From the sequence record MZ726792.1: a DNA stretch of 64,000 nucleotides; one strand, written 5' to 3'. Under the pieces are notes generated by a model. It had not been told where the DNA came from, did not search any database, and saw nothing but the letters and a program-made list of their open reading frames with translations. The DNA is from Escherichia phage vB_EcoM_ASO1B. This document shows, piece after piece, positions 61,569 to 64,000 of this stretch. The position numbers were made by a program, and so were the translations under genes. The number at the start of each line of letters is the position of its first letter. The first letter of the stretch is position 1.

Positions 61569-63350
61569 ATGAGTAAATCACTTTACGCAGTACCAGCAGG
61601 TCTTAATGCAGATGCTTACAAGTCATCACATATATATCAGTATCCAGATGCTACACAGTATCTTATGCTGAACCTGACACCACGTAGCGACAAATGGTTT
61701 AACAGCCCCTTAGCAATTGACGGTGTAGTAGCTTTTGGTATTCAACGTTTTGTTAAAGATTACTTGATAGACCACTGGAATGCCACTTTCTTTGAACGTG
61801 ATAAAAAAGAAGCAATTGACGAAATCTTAGAAGTCATGAATGGTGTTCTGGGTAAAGATGCTATAGGTCGAGAGCATTGGGAAGCACTTCACGACTTAGG
61901 CTATCTACCAGTTGAAGTATACGCTGTAGAAGAAGGCACAGTTGTCCCTATGCGTGTTCCGATGATTGTTTTCCAGAACACTGTTTCAGGTTTCCATTGG
62001 GTAGCAGGTTATCTGGAAGATGCTTTCTCTGCTGAGATTTGGAAGGCTTGTACCATTGCAACTATTGCATTGCACTACAAACGTATCTGTAAGAAGTGGG
62101 CTGACCTTACTTGTGACAACGACTTGCATTTACCTTATCAGTGCCATGACTTTGCTATGCGTGGTATGTCCGGCTTTACTGATGACGCATTTAACGCTGT
62201 AGGCCACTTAACCAGCTTTAAAGGAACTGATAGCTTTCCTGCTGTGTATACGGCTAAACGAATCTATGGACAGTCCTACCCAATCTCTGATATTGGTAGC
62301 TCTGTACCAGCCACTGAGCACTCTGTAATGTGTGCAAACATTGCTTGGGAAGGTGGTAATGAGTTGATTGAAGAAGAAAGACGCTTTAAAGGTGAGTTAC
62401 AAACCTTCCGTCGTTTCTTAACAGAAACTTACCCAACGGGTATTGCAAGTATTGTTTCAGATACTTATAACTTCTGGAGAACTGTGTCAGTTATATTACC
62501 AGAACTTCGTAAAGAGATTATGGAACGTGATGGTAAACTGGTAATTCGTCCTGACTCTGGAGACCCTGTACATATTGTCACAGGATACAAAGCAATCCAT
62601 TTAGAGTGTGCTAAAAAGGCTTATTACGAACACCTAAGTAAGCTGGAAGCCAGCGACACAATGTTGAATGCTGTTCTGAACATGAAGCTTGAAAACATCA
62701 ATTATGGTATTGCTGGATGGCTACTGTCAGAAGGCTACGAAATGGTTGTTGACAGAGAAGACTTTGAAGTTGCTGATACAGTGCTGTTGAAAAACGCTTA
62801 TATGGTTGGTTCTGCAAACGTTGTAACACGTCCTGTAGCTGAGATTGATGGAGCTATTAAGACACTGTACAACATCTTTGGAGGAACTATTAACTCTAAA
62901 GGTTTTAAGGTACTGGATGAGCACATTGGCCTTATCTATGGCGACTCTATCACGCTGGAACGTGCAAACGAAATCCTGAAGCGTCTGTATGAAATGGGTT
63001 TTGCAAGCTCTAACGTAGTGTTTGGCGTAGGCTCTTACACTTACCAGTACATGACTCGTGACACCTTTGCATTTGCTGTTAAAGCAACTCTTGCAAGCAT
63101 TGGTGGTAAAGAGATTATGCTTGCAAAAGACCCTAAAACAGATAGTGGTGTTAAGAAGTCTGCTTTTGGTGGTGTAGCACCTATGTGGGATGGTGATAAG
63201 TTGAAAGCTGTAGATGGCTATGGATTCCAGAGCTTTGCAGATGTACTTGAACATCCAGCTTGTGCTTTACGTTTAGTCTTTAGCGACTCTGAGCAGTTCG
63301 GTTACACAACGCTTGGTGATATTCGAAATAATATTGACAAGCAGCTTTAA
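61569..63350 (+). CDS. nadV: nicotinamide phosphoribosyltransferase (NAMPT/NadV family)
   Basis: CHDFAMRGMSGFTDDAFNAVGHLTSFKGTDS core matches the NAMPT active-site region; 593 aa. Confidence 0.75.
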   Translation: MSKSLYAVPAGLNADAYKSSHIYQYPDATQYLMLNLTPRSDKWFNSPLAIDGVVAFGIQRFVKDYLIDHWNATFFERDKKEAIDEILEVMNGVLGKDAIGREHWEALHDLGYLPVEVYAVEEGTVVPMRVPMIVFQNTVSGFHWVAGYLEDAFSAEIWKACTIATIALHYKRICKKWADLTCDNDLHLPYQCHDFAMRGMSGFTDDAFNAVGHLTSFKGTDSFPAVYTAKRIYGQSYPISDIGSSVPATEHSVMCANIAWEGGNELIEEERRFKGELQTFRRFLTETYPTGIASIVSDTYNFWRTVSVILPELRKEIMERDGKLVIRPDSGDPVHIVTGYKAIHLECAKKAYYEHLSKLEASDTMLNAVLNMKLENINYGIAGWLLSEGYEMVVDREDFEVADTVLLKNAYMVGSANVVTRPVAEIDGAIKTLYNIFGGTINSKGFKVLDEHIGLIYGDSITLERANEILKRLYEMGFASSNVVFGVGSYTYQYMTRDTFAFAVKATLASIGGKEIMLAKDPKTDSGVKKSAFGGVAPMWDGDKLKAVDGYGFQSFADVLEHPACALRLVFSDSEQFGYTTLGDIRNNIDKQL

Positions 63351-63365
63351 AAGTATATGATAAGA

Positions 63366-63386
63366 GGCTCCTACGGGAGCCTTTTT
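63366..63386 (+). terminator. rho-independent terminator after nadV
   Basis: GGCTCC-TACG-GGAGCC followed by TTTTT. Confidence 0.65.
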
Positions 63387-63403
63387 AATTTCTGGAGAAA
63401 ACT

Positions 63404-63739
63404 ATGAAAATCAAAGAAATGAACATCAACATTGTCTTAGAAGAACGTTGGGAGAACATCAAGAAGACTGAAGATGGTCATAAGTTCCTCAACAAAATTT
63501 TAGTAGCAGCTAAAGAAGAACTGACTGGAAAGGTTGCAGCAGCAATCACAATAAAGGTTTGTGTAAAAGGTCTTCCACAACATCACCAGTTTGCGCTTGA
63601 CGAGTTTAAAAAAAGCTTCTACAATCCAAACAAACAGATGCTTGAAAGTAACTTTGCAGTATCTACAAGTATCGTTCATGACAGAAGCTTTATCCTTTAC
63701 AAAAACATGAGAGGTGAGTCATGCAAGCATATTGGATAG
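63404..63739 (+). CDS. hypothetical protein (111 aa)
   Basis: ORF in track. Confidence 0.45.
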   Translation: MKIKEMNINIVLEERWENIKKTEDGHKFLNKILVAAKEELTGKVAAAITIKVCVKGLPQHHQFALDEFKKSFYNPNKQMLESNFAVSTSIVHDRSFILYKNMRGESCKHIG

Positions 63740-63897
63740 AAATTTTACTGTCACTTGGTAGTGTAGCAATATTTGTTTGCCTTCTTTGTAAGTACTTTGC
63801 AGAACACAAAAAGTGTGACTACTGTAACGGAGAAGGGTATACAAGAGCAGGTTGTTGCCCTATTTGTGGTGGTTCTGGTAAAATGTTTAATAAGTAA
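63721..63897 (+). CDS. small membrane-anchored Zn-ribbon protein (58 aa), below ORF-track size cutoff
   Basis: Hand-translated; hydrophobic N-terminus then CDYCNGEG ... CPICGGSG. Confidence 0.3.
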   Translation: MQAYWIEILLSLGSVAIFVCLLCKYFAEHKKCDYCNGEGYTRAGCCPICGGSGKMFNK

Positions 63898-64000
63898 TTT
63901 AACAGTAAACTAAGAGGAAAGTATTATGCGCATGGTAAATGACCACGCAGAAGTGATTAAGAGTTCAACTTCTTTAGAGACGTCTCAAGCACAGATTACA

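Overview
This window looks like part of a large virulent tailed phage genome (about 40% GC, densely packed, no integrase or lysogeny genes seen). Layout: (1) 1-827, the 3' end of a vWA-domain gene running off the window edge; (2) about 960-6150, a cluster of 27 tRNA genes driven by sigma70-like promoters and interspersed with a family of conserved non-coding repeat units, a permuted tRNA-like module, recurrent ~30-bp motifs and three embedded protein genes; (3) 6.3-30.1 kb on the + strand, a morphogenesis module (large terminase, portal, S49 prohead protease/scaffold, lambda-gpE-like major capsid, putative sheath/tube, tail chaperones with a candidate -1 frameshift, tape measure, baseplate, two His-rich tail fibres); (4) 30.2-41.3 kb on the - strand, an early/DNA-metabolism block (thymidylate synthase, DHFR, small Zn-ribbon/HTH/secreted/lipoprotein genes, ATP-dependent ligase, HNH endonuclease, family A DNA polymerase) with two paralogous ~300-bp non-coding repeat regions flanking a two-gene cassette of unknown function; (5) 41.5-64 kb on the + strand, replication and nucleotide metabolism (dNMP kinase, primase-helicase, SSB-like, 5'-3' exonuclease, aerobic NrdAB plus glutaredoxin, anaerobic NrdDG, PRPP synthetase, nicotinamide phosphoribosyltransferase) interrupted by paralogous HNH and a GIY-YIG-like endonuclease gene. 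The gene content (many tRNAs, RNR, TS/DHFR, NAD salvage, numerous homing endonucleases, contractile tail) resembles Felix-O1-like or T5-like lytic phages; that assignment is inference only. All calls come from reading the sequence and the supplied ORF track by eye; no searches or folding programs were run, and tRNA anticodon assignments were made by manual cloverleaf folding.
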